Shown piece by piece: positions 8,902 through 18,455 of a stretch of 64,000 nucleotides of DNA (positions within the stretch are counted from its first letter, which is position 1; each line of letters starts with the position of its first letter). The notes below the pieces were generated by a model that was not told where the DNA came from, made no database searches, and saw only the letters and a program-made list of their open reading frames with translations. Location of the stretch: positions 1 to 64,000 of the IMG/VR virus record IMGVR_UViG_3300026493_000141, one strand, 5' to 3'. This DNA comes from an uncultured virus (IMG/VR IMGVR_UViG_3300026493_000141). Taxonomy: Duplodnaviria > Heunggongvirae > Uroviricota > Caudoviricetes. Position numbers and translations under genes: made by a program.

Positions 8902-10766
8902 GTAACCTTCACCTTCTCCGATAGTCTGGTCGCTTTTACTTTACGTATTTCGACACCTTTCTTATTCTTCTTCTTGTCATCTTTCTTAACTTTAGATACA
9001 TATTGTACACGAGCCTTACGTATAGCACGTTCCCCAAGCTCATGTCCGAACTCTTCAAGCATATCTTCAGCAGATGGCATACCCATCCAACGATGCATGA
9101 ATTGAACTGGTTCGTTTAATTCTAAATCTTCAATGAACTTACCACCTCTATCATACTTGTCCATATCAGTGATAACTTCTCGTTTCGTAATGTTACGATT
9201 ATCCATAATGACTCGACCCAGCTGCGTCGTAGCAAATATGTTGAATATCATGATAATCGATGGATATAGTGAACTATAGTCAAAGTCCATTACGTTATTA
9301 AATACATTTCGTGATTGATAGTTCTTCAAGATATTCATACCTGTAGGCAAGTTTAACTTCGGATCACCAACTACGGCACCCTCGAAGCGCTCTTGGTTCT
9401 CACTATCTCCTGAACTTTCACCATAGGTAATATTATGATTATTACCCATAACTAATCCTTGCTCCTGGAACTCCATTGCTGCTTTATTTCTCAGGAACAC
9501 AGTTTCTTTATATGTTTTATTGAATCGTGTACTAGAGTCATATGCTTTATTAAACAGTAACTCGATATCATTTAATTTATTTTCGATTTTCATCTGAATA
9601 AGTACATCTCGAATATTGTATCGTACAAACATCTTGTAATCTACATAAGGTAAGTTTCTGAAGTTTGCTGTACCCGTATATTCTAACTTCTTAGCTCCTA
9701 CTTCTCTATCACCTATGTAATCTAACTTATAGCTATCTAACTCTGCACCCGATTTACGAATCGCTGCATAGTTAATCATTTGGTCTACCCATACTGTAAA
9801 GCTAGTTAGTGTTGCATAATCACCTTTACGGTTAATTTTAAAGTTACGTTTATCTGCATAGTACCAACACTCTTTATACTTGAATGCTTCATCCGTCATG
9901 ATGTCTTCTGGGTCAATTCCTAATCGTTCGATACGGTGCATAATGTACTGAAAATCGAACCCGAGGTTCCATACCATCATAAAGTCTACACGGATAATAT
10001 TAATAATCTGGAATAACTTTCTGATTAATTCTATCTCAGTATCACACATGATAATATGGTACTCAAGTTTACCGAATTCTGGTTCGAACTCAGCTTCAAT
10101 CTCTTCAATGAATCCTGGAATGTCTTGCTCGAATTCCGCAATCAATGGATTCTCTGAGTTACGTAATAATAGAGTGAACGATTGTTTCTTATCATTGTCC
10201 ACAAGTGTTACAGCATTAATAGGAGCAGAACCTTCTACATTCTTCATATCAATGTTTCCTGCATAGATATCTGCCTCTATATCTAGGAACCCCTTAGTTA
10301 ACTTAAACTTCTCTTTTGTTCCAAAGTGTTCTAGACATTTAAACTTATAGAAATCCTCTACATCTACATCAGATGAGAAGATACGATTCCATTTATGGAA
10401 GTTCTTTAATTCAGAAGAACGTCGTTCTTTAATCATCTGCCAATACTGGTTGACGGCTTGCTCACCAATTAGACCAGCTATATCTTTCAAGACATAACGG
10501 TAACTTAAATCAACCTTATTAACTTTATCGGCTTCTATACAAATCATAGGATAGTCTATTTGGACATCATCCTTTGCCACATATGCTTCAATCTGTGGAT
10601 TCTCAATAATCTTTAATTGCTTCTCACCCGTCTTTATGTTTTTAATAATTAGTGAGATAGCGTCTGGAGTCATATCATCTCCATCACGTTTAGGCTTGTG
10701 GTACATCTGATTTAATAAGATGTAATCCCCGCCTTCTGGCAGTCCCAGTAGTTTGGTCATATCCAT
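8895..10766 (-). CDS. family B DNA polymerase, N-terminal part (3'-5' exonuclease + motif A) of a split enzyme
   Basis: ExoI DIEAD, ExoII VWNLGFD, ExoIII YNIRD, motif A DFDYSSLYPSII; motifs B and C absent; ATG 10766 has SD GGAGG. Confidence 0.9.
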   Translation of the reverse strand: MDMTKLLGLPEGGDYILLNQMYHKPKRDGDDMTPDAISLIIKNIKTGEKQLKIIENPQIEAYVAKDDVQIDYPMICIEADKVNKVDLSYRYVLKDIAGLIGEQAVNQYWQMIKERRSSELKNFHKWNRIFSSDVDVEDFYKFKCLEHFGTKEKFKLTKGFLDIEADIYAGNIDMKNVEGSAPINAVTLVDNDKKQSFTLLLRNSENPLIAEFEQDIPGFIEEIEAEFEPEFGKLEYHIIMCDTEIELIRKLFQIINIIRVDFMMVWNLGFDFQYIMHRIERLGIDPEDIMTDEAFKYKECWYYADKRNFKINRKGDYATLTSFTVWVDQMINYAAIRKSGAELDSYKLDYIGDREVGAKKLEYTGTANFRNLPYVDYKMFVRYNIRDVLIQMKIENKLNDIELLFNKAYDSSTRFNKTYKETVFLRNKAAMEFQEQGLVMGNNHNITYGESSGDSENQERFEGAVVGDPKLNLPTGMNILKNYQSRNVFNNVMDFDYSSLYPSIIMIFNIFATTQLGRVIMDNRNITKREVITDMDKYDRGGKFIEDLELNEPVQFMHRWMGMPSAEDMLEEFGHELGERAIRKARVQYVSKVKKDDKKKNKKGVEIRKVKATRLSEKVKVTW

Positions 10767-10837
10767 ATTAAAATTCCTCCCTTTATTCTCGGTTAATGAA
10801 GTGTTTCCCTCCTTTTCAATTTCAAGTCTTTTCTCTT

Positions 10838-10855
10838 TCACTTAGATAATATATA
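10838..10855 (-). promoter_or_regulatory. early-type promoter (DNA polymerase)
   Basis: TATATTAT CTAAG TGA. Confidence 0.7.
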
Positions 10856-10878
10856 TTTAAGACGAATGTTAAACTTAA

Positions 10879-10890
10879 AACAATATATTA
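10879..10890 (+). promoter_or_regulatory. late-type promoter
   Basis: AACA ATATAT TA upstream of the SD of ORF 10913. Confidence 0.7.
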
Positions 10891-10912
10891 TATACGTAGA
10901 GGAGGAATATAT

Positions 10913-12007
10913 ATGAAATTAAGAATAGCAAAGGTAAAACGTGTAGAACCCAAATCACAAAAGTTACCTACTTCTATACCAAGCGTGTATAAAGAAGAAA
11001 ATGATAAGGACTTAGCAATCTTAAATAGCCTAATGGCTAGTACTCGTATACGAGATAAAATGCACGAAGATAAAAAAGAAAAAGAGAAAAAAAAGAAAGA
11101 GAAACCATCGAAGAAGAAAAAAAGCGGTAAGAAACGTCAAAGTGCTATATCAGCACTTTACGAGATGAGTGGAACAAATAAAGATATATTTGGAGAAGGT
11201 GGTGGTGGAACTCCTGTACCTGCAACAAAAGCAGATAAGAGTGCAGAAGACTTCTACGAACAACGTTTCGATGGCTCCATTATGATGCTACGCGACCTAC
11301 TTAAAAATATTAATCATATGACAGAAGATGGTCAAGCATTCTTAGATATGCTGAAAAAGACACCTCATTATAGAGGCTACTTAACAGCTATTACGAACCA
11401 AACATCTAACTTAGCTTCACTAGTAAATACAAAGTTAAGTATCGTAAAAGAGATTACATCTGTTAATAAAAGTATCTCTGACCTTGAGCTTAAACGTGCG
11501 GCTAGAGAAGCGAAAGAAGGTAACGCTGCGGGTGGAGCTGGTGCTAGTGATGAATTCTTAATCAACCAAGCATTTGCTCAATTAATGGATACTGATACAC
11601 CTACCGTTACAACGAAGAAAAAGAAGAAGAAAAAGAAATTGGAAGAAGACCCGAATTATAACTTCGGTATTCCTGAAGATGAAATTGCATTGGAAGACTT
11701 GGGTGAAGAGGATTTCGATGATATGATTGATGCACGCTTCGATCAGCTCGTTGAGGCTGAAGATATTGTCTTAACAGACAATGAGCAAGCATTCCATTAT
11801 GAAGGTGATACTGGTATTAAGATTGTTATCCGTAAATGGTTACCATCAGAAAGATGGGAGTTCGAAGCGGTTAACGCTTTAGGAGAAGTGTTAGATGATC
11901 ATCCGTTACCAGATAGAGACTCTGTTGGACGTATTCAATTCGATAAAGATAAAGGAATTGCACGTGACAGATTAGGTACGGTTTATGAGGTTATGTATTC
12001 GAGATAA
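10913..12007 (+). CDS. hypothetical protein with N-terminal basic tag, poly-Lys tracts, coiled coil and acidic segment
   Basis: 364 aa, SD GAGGAGG; K-rich and D/E-rich low-complexity blocks. Confidence 0.8.
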   Translation: MKLRIAKVKRVEPKSQKLPTSIPSVYKEENDKDLAILNSLMASTRIRDKMHEDKKEKEKKKKEKPSKKKKSGKKRQSAISALYEMSGTNKDIFGEGGGGTPVPATKADKSAEDFYEQRFDGSIMMLRDLLKNINHMTEDGQAFLDMLKKTPHYRGYLTAITNQTSNLASLVNTKLSIVKEITSVNKSISDLELKRAAREAKEGNAAGGAGASDEFLINQAFAQLMDTDTPTVTTKKKKKKKKLEEDPNYNFGIPEDEIALEDLGEEDFDDMIDARFDQLVEAEDIVLTDNEQAFHYEGDTGIKIVIRKWLPSERWEFEAVNALGEVLDDHPLPDRDSVGRIQFDKDKGIARDRLGTVYEVMYSR

Positions 12008-12050
12008 AAAGGAGTGGTATAGGCTGAGCGCCTATACCACTTTCTTTGTC
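12006..12050. terminator. bidirectional terminator
   Basis: AGTGGTATAGGC/GCCTATACCACT 12-bp stem with tracts on both sides. Confidence 0.85.
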
Positions 12051-12105
12051 CATAGTCTAAGTACAATAATATACCTGAGGAGGAAATTCGGAATATTTTC
12101 CGATT
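12006..12105 (-). ncRNA. candidate ~100-nt late sRNA with anti-SD tract
   Basis: Late promoter 12105-12116 (-), 5' hairpin UCGGAA/UUCCGA, UUUCCUCCUCAGG, terminator; isolated from upstream genes by the terminator at 12141-12175; no ORF. Confidence 0.45.
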
Positions 12106-12137
12106 ATAATAATGTTGGGTAATGTAAGAGTAAAATA

Positions 12138-12175
12138 GACAAAAAAAGAAAGGAAGCGTTAATTCGCTTCCTTTT
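12138..12175 (-). terminator. intrinsic terminator
   Basis: AAAGGAAGCG/CGCTTCCTTT stem plus U-tract. Confidence 0.8.
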
Positions 12176-12181
12176 CATTTA

Positions 12182-12685
12182 TTACAAATCTTTATCGGTT
12201 GCCGCATCAACGATTATGTTATGGAAGTTTCTAAATCCTCCTGTACCTAATCGTCTAGAAGTAAATAGATTTGGTTTAAGTCCTTTGATACTAGCTACCC
12301 CATCTTTTGCACGATAGGCAATAGACAGGCTATCTGTACCTAAACTATGAATGACAAACTCTTCTTTCATAGGTTGGAATGTACCATTGGCTCCAATTAA
12401 ATCAAAGCGGTAGTTATCGACAAATTCATTGTTCTTTGTTTCCATTGCTTTTATAAACTCTAATACTTCTAATGGACCAGTAAAGCAATGAGTAATCTCC
12501 CCTGATTCGCCATCATTATATGCAATTGTGACTGACTTAGTATTATCATATTCTGTAAGCCTTACATGACCTGCAATCTCACGACGGATCATAGCAATTA
12601 TCTCATCGTGAGCAATAGTTAATACTAACCCCTTTAAGTCTGTACTTGAAGAAAGCAATTTTAATAAATGTGGCTGTGTTCCCAT
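12182..12685 (-). CDS. hypothetical protein, paralog of 12733
   Basis: Shares IxH..I.AM....SV.I.Y....PL(E/D)VLE with the next ORF. Confidence 0.7.
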   Translation of the reverse strand: MGTQPHLLKLLSSSTDLKGLVLTIAHDEIIAMIRREIAGHVRLTEYDNTKSVTIAYNDGESGEITHCFTGPLEVLEFIKAMETKNNEFVDNYRFDLIGANGTFQPMKEEFVIHSLGTDSLSIAYRAKDGVASIKGLKPNLFTSRRLGTGGFRNFHNIIVDAATDKDL

Positions 12686-12732
12686 CGTACTTGTCTCCCT
12701 CTAAGGTATATTTTTTTAATATACTTTTTATC

Positions 12733-13389
12733 TTATCGTTTCCATTTGCTTCCGCTTGGACCGAATAATTCGTCAAACTCCCCCGTGCTTAAATTAGCAT
12801 ATTCCTCATCAGATTCATCTGGATGTGTTGCTCTACCTTCTAATCCAGTGACTAATTCACCGACATCCCATTTTCTATCCCCTGCTAAATACATTGCATA
12901 ACTAAACGTTGGTAACATATCATTCACATATGTAGCCCATGGTTTCGTTGCATCAATATATTCTTTATCGATACCGCAATTGACATAGTATAAAATAGAT
13001 AATGTGTCTGAGCAAATAGCTTCTTCTTGAATAGTAAAGCATCCACCAGATTCATCTAACGTCCCACTTACTTCAATGTAGTTGTACGTACTTATCCCGT
13101 TCTCGTACATATCTTCTGAAAGCGCATCATTCCGTAAACGCATGACATCCTCCAGCACATCTAGTGGTGTATAATATTCTTTGTTCCATACCTTACCATT
13201 CTCTATATAGGTAATAGATACGGATTGAGCTTTCACACTATCAATAATTTTTACACCTTCCACATATTCACTTAGCATAGCTGTAATTACTTTATGTGGT
13301 ATGTGTATTTTAAAATCTTCCGATGCACTATCCGACAATAAGCTAATTTTATGTGTATCAAAGTGTCTTTTTAAATATCCGTTTCTCAT
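12733..13389 (-). CDS. hypothetical protein, paralog of 12182
   Basis: ATG 13389 with SD AGGGGA; shared motif with 12182. Confidence 0.7.
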   Translation of the reverse strand: MRNGYLKRHFDTHKISLLSDSASEDFKIHIPHKVITAMLSEYVEGVKIIDSVKAQSVSITYIENGKVWNKEYYTPLDVLEDVMRLRNDALSEDMYENGISTYNYIEVSGTLDESGGCFTIQEEAICSDTLSILYYVNCGIDKEYIDATKPWATYVNDMLPTFSYAMYLAGDRKWDVGELVTGLEGRATHPDESDEEYANLSTGEFDELFGPSGSKWKR

Positions 13390-13448
13390 TTGAGCCTTTC
13401 CCCTTTTTAAGGGTGTACCTTTTGGATACACCCGTTTATATTTTTTAT

Positions 13449-13868
13449 TTATCTAATATTAATTGAATTTAATACTTGAGCATAATTATTGATTACAATA
13501 TAAGTTTCATTATAAGGATGCTCCTGTGTTGCACGTCTTGTAGTTAGATGATAGCATTCATCCATATCAACTGTAAAGTCATGGTACATTGAAGATTGAC
13601 TACCCCAGTTAATTTTGATGAATCGTTGATATGCACCTTTTGTTAACGCTCTAAATGTAACGTGTTTATTCTTACCAATCGTTACCTCACCCTCCAGTGA
13701 AATAACATTTGATATAGGAATTCCATTTCGTAAGCACATTGTTTCTAACGCTGTATCTGTATACACTTCTGGATGTTGAGGCAATGCTTCTAAATACTCC
13801 TCTGAAACACCTGCTATTGTTAAGTTTGTTGAAATATCAAAGCTATATATGTTTTCTGTATTTTCCAT
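13449..13868 (-). CDS. hypothetical protein
   Basis: 139-aa ORF in a co-oriented run. Confidence 0.7.
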   Translation of the reverse strand: MENTENIYSFDISTNLTIAGVSEEYLEALPQHPEVYTDTALETMCLRNGIPISNVISLEGEVTIGKNKHVTFRALTKGAYQRFIKINWGSQSSMYHDFTVDMDECYHLTTRRATQEHPYNETYIVINNYAQVLNSINIR

Positions 13869-13869
13869 G

Positions 13870-14490
13870 TTATTGTTCCACCTTTCCGATGCGACTGATT
13901 CTGTTGTACGTTACTTCTTGATTTGGTACGACAATTAATAATAGATTCTTATCATCAGATGTTACTGTTTTAGCATGTACGATATACTGTAAGTAATGTA
14001 GTGCTAATGTGTGTTCAGTACCCCATTCAAATACAAACATTAAGAATTTAGGGTCTTCCAAATTCAATCTGATATCGGTTACGTCAGGTGTGTTATCTGA
14101 TTCGCTCACTATAACATTTCGATCTACTTCAACTATTGTAGAACCAACAATGTTTACGTCAGCTAGAGTATATTCCGGTACATCTACTCCAATACTCATT
14201 ACCTTTGTTACATCGAATCCTTTATCATAACAGAAATCGATTCCTGGGTTATGGTCATTTAATCGACTCCAATATAGTCTCATAAACGTAAATGCATCTA
14301 AATAGCGTCTTTCCCCTGTAGCTACATCGTTGATGTCTACAACATCATTTGCAGTACTATTAACACCAAATGCACCAGACCATTCACTCATTTTAGAGAC
14401 ATCTTTACGTTCAATAATGAAACGATAGTCTCCTTTAAACCCAAAATTCTTTAATTCTACTGCCAGTTCGTTTTCGTGAAACTTTGTCAT
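13870..14490 (-). CDS. hypothetical protein (similar to 14610)
   Basis: 206 aa, SD GAGGGAG. Confidence 0.75.
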   Translation of the reverse strand: MTKFHENELAVELKNFGFKGDYRFIIERKDVSKMSEWSGAFGVNSTANDVVDINDVATGERRYLDAFTFMRLYWSRLNDHNPGIDFCYDKGFDVTKVMSIGVDVPEYTLADVNIVGSTIVEVDRNVIVSESDNTPDVTDIRLNLEDPKFLMFVFEWGTEHTLALHYLQYIVHAKTVTSDDKNLLLIVVPNQEVTYNRISRIGKVEQ

Positions 14491-14609
14491 TTTATAACTC
14501 TCTCCCTCGGCTTTATAGTGACTTGTATTTTATACACGTCTAATATGATAATGTATATGTATAAGAGCGTTTATTACGAAAAAAAAAGCTAGGGAAATTA
14601 ATCCCTAGC

Positions 14610-15185
14610 TCATCGTACGATCTCAATATCTTCAAGAAATTCCATTCCACCAAGATAGAACTCTGGTAGTTCAATGATAAACATTGTTTCATTATCAAAT
14701 ACCGCACTTCCAGATTTATATGTTTTATTATAGATAACTGTAGAATCAGACTCATATTTACCAAGCCACTCTACATCCGTAATATCGTTAGAAGTGAATC
14801 CACCCCAACGAACTGTTACCATAACATGGAATGGCTGTGTCGATGTTTTAAATTCAATCTTTTCACCTTTTTGTGTAGCATCGCCAAATACGATAGATAC
14901 CATTGTTGCAGACACTTGATTAATTGAACTAAAGAAATTAAACATAGAGTCCTGTGCTAACATAGGTGCTACATATTGCTGGATAATCTCATATCCACCC
15001 AATGTGATCTCACGTCCAGGCATTTTTAAATCTTCTATTGTAAACTTCCCAGTTGTAGTATCTTCTTTAATAATTCTAAATGTATCAGGTAGCTTCTGTA
15101 GCTCCTCTACATCCGATGTTTCGTACACGAATGTAATCTCTGGGAAACCTTTATCTTCTAATTTTCTTTCATATAACATTTTCAT
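14610..15185 (-). CDS. hypothetical protein (similar to 13870)
   Basis: 191 aa, SD AGGGAG. Confidence 0.75.
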   Translation of the reverse strand: MKMLYERKLEDKGFPEITFVYETSDVEELQKLPDTFRIIKEDTTTGKFTIEDLKMPGREITLGGYEIIQQYVAPMLAQDSMFNFFSSINQVSATMVSIVFGDATQKGEKIEFKTSTQPFHVMVTVRWGGFTSNDITDVEWLGKYESDSTVIYNKTYKSGSAVFDNETMFIIELPEFYLGGMEFLEDIEIVR

Positions 15186-15228
15186 CTCTCCCTTTATAGT
15201 ATAATATAATGGTCAAACTTTTCTAGAT

Positions 15229-15384
15229 TTATACAAAAAAAGAAAGACGTTTAGGTCTTTCTTCTTTAGACTTATCCGTAATGGATAAGTCTCTATCTTC
15301 GTTCTTTTTCTCTTCTAATTGTTTCATTTTAAATTCTAGTAATAAGTTCTCAAGTTCAAATAGTTTCTTATTGAGGTCTGACAA
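15229..15384 (-). CDS. possible 51-aa charged peptide (not in the ORF track)
   Basis: TTG start with SD AAGGAG 7 nt upstream; reads MSDLNKKLFELENLL...; the end runs through a terminator. Confidence 0.35.
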   Translation of the reverse strand: MSDLNKKLFELENLLLEFKMKQLEEKKNEDRDLSITDKSKEERPKRLSFFV

Positions 15385-15395
15385 ATTATATCTCC

Positions 15396-15932
15396 TTACC
15401 AGATTGGTTTAATTACATTCATAATCTCAGGATCAAATTCAAGAATAGCAAAGTGCGCTGTTAGTACACCTAACTGATAATTATGTCGGTATAACTGTTT
15501 CGCAGAACCGTAATCAAAGTCTTTAATTTCGTCTGATGGTCCAGTAACAACTTGGATAATCATATGTGTAATATCTTGATCTGTTGCTTCAAATATAAAT
15601 TCTCCCATTTCAGTTCTTGTGCAACGACCACTTACTCCCATAAAGTTTCCTGGATGGATACGAGTACGCTTTGTAAAGCTTAATGAATCTGGATGATGTC
15701 TCGTTGCAATTTCACTAAGGTCTTTAAATAGTTGGAATAGACCAAAATGCATATCTTTATTTTCTAAAATGATTGTACCATCTAATCGAACTTCTTTAAT
15801 TGCAGGTAAATCTATTTCTGCTAACCCATCGTTGATTGCTTGTGTGCTTACTGTAATCTTCACAGTAGGCATTCCGTATTCAGTTAAAACCTCGTCCATT
15901 GTTTCTGGTAAATTCTTAGTTTCGTTTGTCAT
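15396..15932 (-). CDS. hypothetical protein
   Basis: ATG 15932 with SD GAGGAG; early promoter upstream. Confidence 0.75.
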   Translation of the reverse strand: MTNETKNLPETMDEVLTEYGMPTVKITVSTQAINDGLAEIDLPAIKEVRLDGTIILENKDMHFGLFQLFKDLSEIATRHHPDSLSFTKRTRIHPGNFMGVSGRCTRTEMGEFIFEATDQDITHMIIQVVTGPSDEIKDFDYGSAKQLYRHNYQLGVLTAHFAILEFDPEIMNVIKPIW

Positions 15933-15979
15933 TTTTAAACACTCCTCAGTATAATTTAGAAGCATATATTTTGTATATG

Positions 15980-15997
15980 CTCATTAATATAATGTAT
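15980..15997 (-). promoter_or_regulatory. early-type promoter
   Basis: TACATTAT ATTAA TGAG. Confidence 0.7.
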
Positions 15998-16022
15998 CTT
16001 TATATTACTTCTTGTTACGTTT

Positions 16023-16610
16023 TTAGCTTAATGTGATTTCATCCATTGGATGACCTGCTTTTACTCGTTTAATGAAATGAATTCGATTACAGCGCTTACC
16101 ATCATAACGCTCTACGTTAGACTCACCGATTGTATATAATGTATCAATTTTATTTGTATTGTCGTATACGTATACATAATCATCAAGGTCACCACCGTAT
16201 TCAAATGCTGTATATGAATATATCTCATTTGAACCTGGTGTCATGGAGAATAAGATTTCATCATTCGCATCAATTAGGTTACTACTTGATAACATGATGT
16301 ATCCTCCATTTACACGAGATTGATCTTTACCGAATGTTTCAGCCATATCATAGATTGCTCGTCGAGCAATACCACCTAGGTATAAAGCACATTCAAAAGC
16401 TTCATCGAAATCAAATGATTCACCATCATAAGAACCTTCAATGAAGAATCGACCCTTGCTAATAGTTAAAGAGTCAACTGTAATCTTTTGTGTTAAACGT
16501 TTAATATGATTAATTAAACTGATAATCTTATCCGAACTTAATTCCACATAAAGTGTTTTTGCAACACCGTTAAGTGTTATATCAAATGATTTTACATAAA
16601 TAGCTGCCAT
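16023..16610 (-). CDS. hypothetical protein
   Basis: ATG 16610 with SD GAGGGAG. Confidence 0.7.
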   Translation of the reverse strand: MAAIYVKSFDITLNGVAKTLYVELSSDKIISLINHIKRLTQKITVDSLTISKGRFFIEGSYDGESFDFDEAFECALYLGGIARRAIYDMAETFGKDQSRVNGGYIMLSSSNLIDANDEILFSMTPGSNEIYSYTAFEYGGDLDDYVYVYDNTNKIDTLYTIGESNVERYDGKRCNRIHFIKRVKAGHPMDEITLS

Positions 16611-16623
16611 TATATTCTCTCCC

Positions 16624-17166
16624 TCAATATATCCGAACGATTGCATAAGCGATAGTATGCTTTGGATATTCTTCTTTTATATTGTAAAACACCGCTTCTA
16701 ATCTTGGATCATCGAATATCAATTTCTCTAACGACCTTCGATTCAAATGAGTTCTAATAATACGATGTGTAGGATTCTCGGATGTCATGATAAATGTTCC
16801 ACCTGATGATGAAACATATGGTTTCTTATAAGTGCCTTCAAACTCAAAGTATGTGAAACTTGTTGTTCGAATATCCTTTGGGTGAAGTATGACGGGAACG
16901 ATTTTCCGTTCTTTCATATCACACTCAAATTTAGCTTTCAGGAAATCTTGTATAGAAGCAAAGCCAATCTTTCGATCTACTTGCTTTCCGAATACAGCTG
17001 GGAAAGATTCTATTGCTCGAATCGTTCCTTCTTTTGTCCATTCGTCTAAGGTGATATGTCTTTCTCCCATCCTCATCTGTAACCAGTCCACATCAAATAA
17101 AATCCGATCAACGTTATTTACTTTATAAATAACGGTCTTTCTTGCATTCGTATATAAGAGACTCAT
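16624..17166 (-). CDS. hypothetical protein
   Basis: 180 aa, SD GGAGG. Confidence 0.75.
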   Translation of the reverse strand: MSLLYTNARKTVIYKVNNVDRILFDVDWLQMRMGERHITLDEWTKEGTIRAIESFPAVFGKQVDRKIGFASIQDFLKAKFECDMKERKIVPVILHPKDIRTTSFTYFEFEGTYKKPYVSSSGGTFIMTSENPTHRIIRTHLNRRSLEKLIFDDPRLEAVFYNIKEEYPKHTIAYAIVRIY

Positions 17167-17192
17167 TTTGTAAACCTCCGTATTTTATTATA

Positions 17193-17687
17193 CTACTTAG
17201 CTATCTTGATAGATTGCTTTACATCAAATGCTGGGTTTAACCAAAGAATTGATTCACATTCCCAATAGAAGAATGGGTTATCATTAATCATGAATGATAG
17301 ACTTTCTTGATACGTCATATCATACTTGATTATTTGTGGCGAATAATAAATGCCATCATAATCTTTAGCCAATTTTTCATAATCTAATAATACATCACTT
17401 ATGGAGTAATGTTCAAGTAAACGTTCCATTTCTTTCTTTGTCACACATAAGAGTCTAGCATCTTCTCTTGGATGAATGACATGACCGTAGTGCTGGGTAT
17501 TCTGCCAATATGGTGAACCGATATCTGTACAATATTGATACCACCATGAGTAATCTGTTTGCAGGAAAGTTGATGTCCAAAGTCCTCCTACCGGTTTATT
17601 TAACTTTATTTCGTTATTATCTATAGGTCTAATTTTATCCTTTGAAAATTCCATATCTTGTGTTATGAATAACTGTGCTGTATTCAT
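17193..17687 (-). CDS. phage hypothetical protein (KPxGGLWTS motif)
   Basis: 164 aa; NKPVGGLWTST, DYEKLAKDYDGI, WECES motifs; SD GGAGGG. Confidence 0.7.
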   Translation of the reverse strand: MNTAQLFITQDMEFSKDKIRPIDNNEIKLNKPVGGLWTSTFLQTDYSWWYQYCTDIGSPYWQNTQHYGHVIHPREDARLLCVTKKEMERLLEHYSISDVLLDYEKLAKDYDGIYYSPQIIKYDMTYQESLSFMINDNPFFYWECESILWLNPAFDVKQSIKIAK

Positions 17688-17745
17688 GTGCTATCCCTCC
17701 AAAAATTATAATAGATAGAAGAGGATTATCTCCTCTTCTATACAT

Positions 17746-18255
17746 TTACATTAAGTCCATTCTGGGAACATAGATATTTAGGATAAAATAATGTGAGTCA
17801 AATTCAGGAATTCCAGAACCAGACAAGTTATTCCATACATGTCGATGGATTGTAACGACATTCACTTTTGTTTCATCAAACTCAGGCTTAACGAAATCAA
17901 ACGTTGTTTTACTTGGAATAAACATTCCGTGATGTTCTGTACTCTTACGAGTTCCAAATACTAATTCATTACCGATTACGCATTGTCCAAACTCTTCAGT
18001 TCCTTCAGAACCTGATACTGAATTTGAACGATTATAGTTACGCAATGTCAGTGTGTTTTCAAATTCCTTTGGGTCACGAGTTACGTGTACCATGTAACCT
18101 AAACTTACATCGACAGTATCAATGATTTTCTTTAGGTATGTAGTAGAGATATCCCCTTCAGCTTTCTGAACGATTAACTCTAAAAGATTAATCTTCTGAT
18201 TCTCTAACGCGATGTCCTTCATCATTTCTGGTCTAGCTACTGTTGTGATTGTCAT
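17746..18255 (-). CDS. outlying member of paralog family A
   Basis: C-terminal LNIYVP; central VHVTRD...F; long structured leader. Confidence 0.65.
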   Translation of the reverse strand: MTITTVARPEMMKDIALENQKINLLELIVQKAEGDISTTYLKKIIDTVDVSLGYMVHVTRDPKEFENTLTLRNYNRSNSVSGSEGTEEFGQCVIGNELVFGTRKSTEHHGMFIPSKTTFDFVKPEFDETKVNVVTIHRHVWNNLSGSGIPEFDSHYFILNIYVPRMDLM

Positions 18256-18420
18256 TTCGGTTTCTCCTCCTGATAGTATGCTTTTTACATACTATGCTTA
18301 TCTAATAGTTTTTCTATACCCTACTGTTTTTTACAGTATTGTATTTAAGACACATGATAGCATATGCTTTTTGTCCCTGCTATCCTGGGAAGCTTATTTA
18401 TTTAACGAGTACTAACTATA

Positions 18421-18440
18421 CTCACAGATATAATGTATAG
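18421..18440 (-). promoter_or_regulatory. early-type promoter
   Basis: CTATACATTAT ATCTG TGAG. Confidence 0.75.
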
Positions 18441-18455
18441 CCAAGGATACTGTTA

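Noticed and set aside
12071..12100. + strand GAGGAGG as the RBS of a missed gene
   Set aside because: There is no start codon at normal spacing and no + strand promoter after the terminator; it is treated instead as anti-SD in a - strand RNA.
14540..14557. Additional early promoter
   Set aside because: It has the TACATTAT core but lacks the downstream TGA; plausible but not listed.
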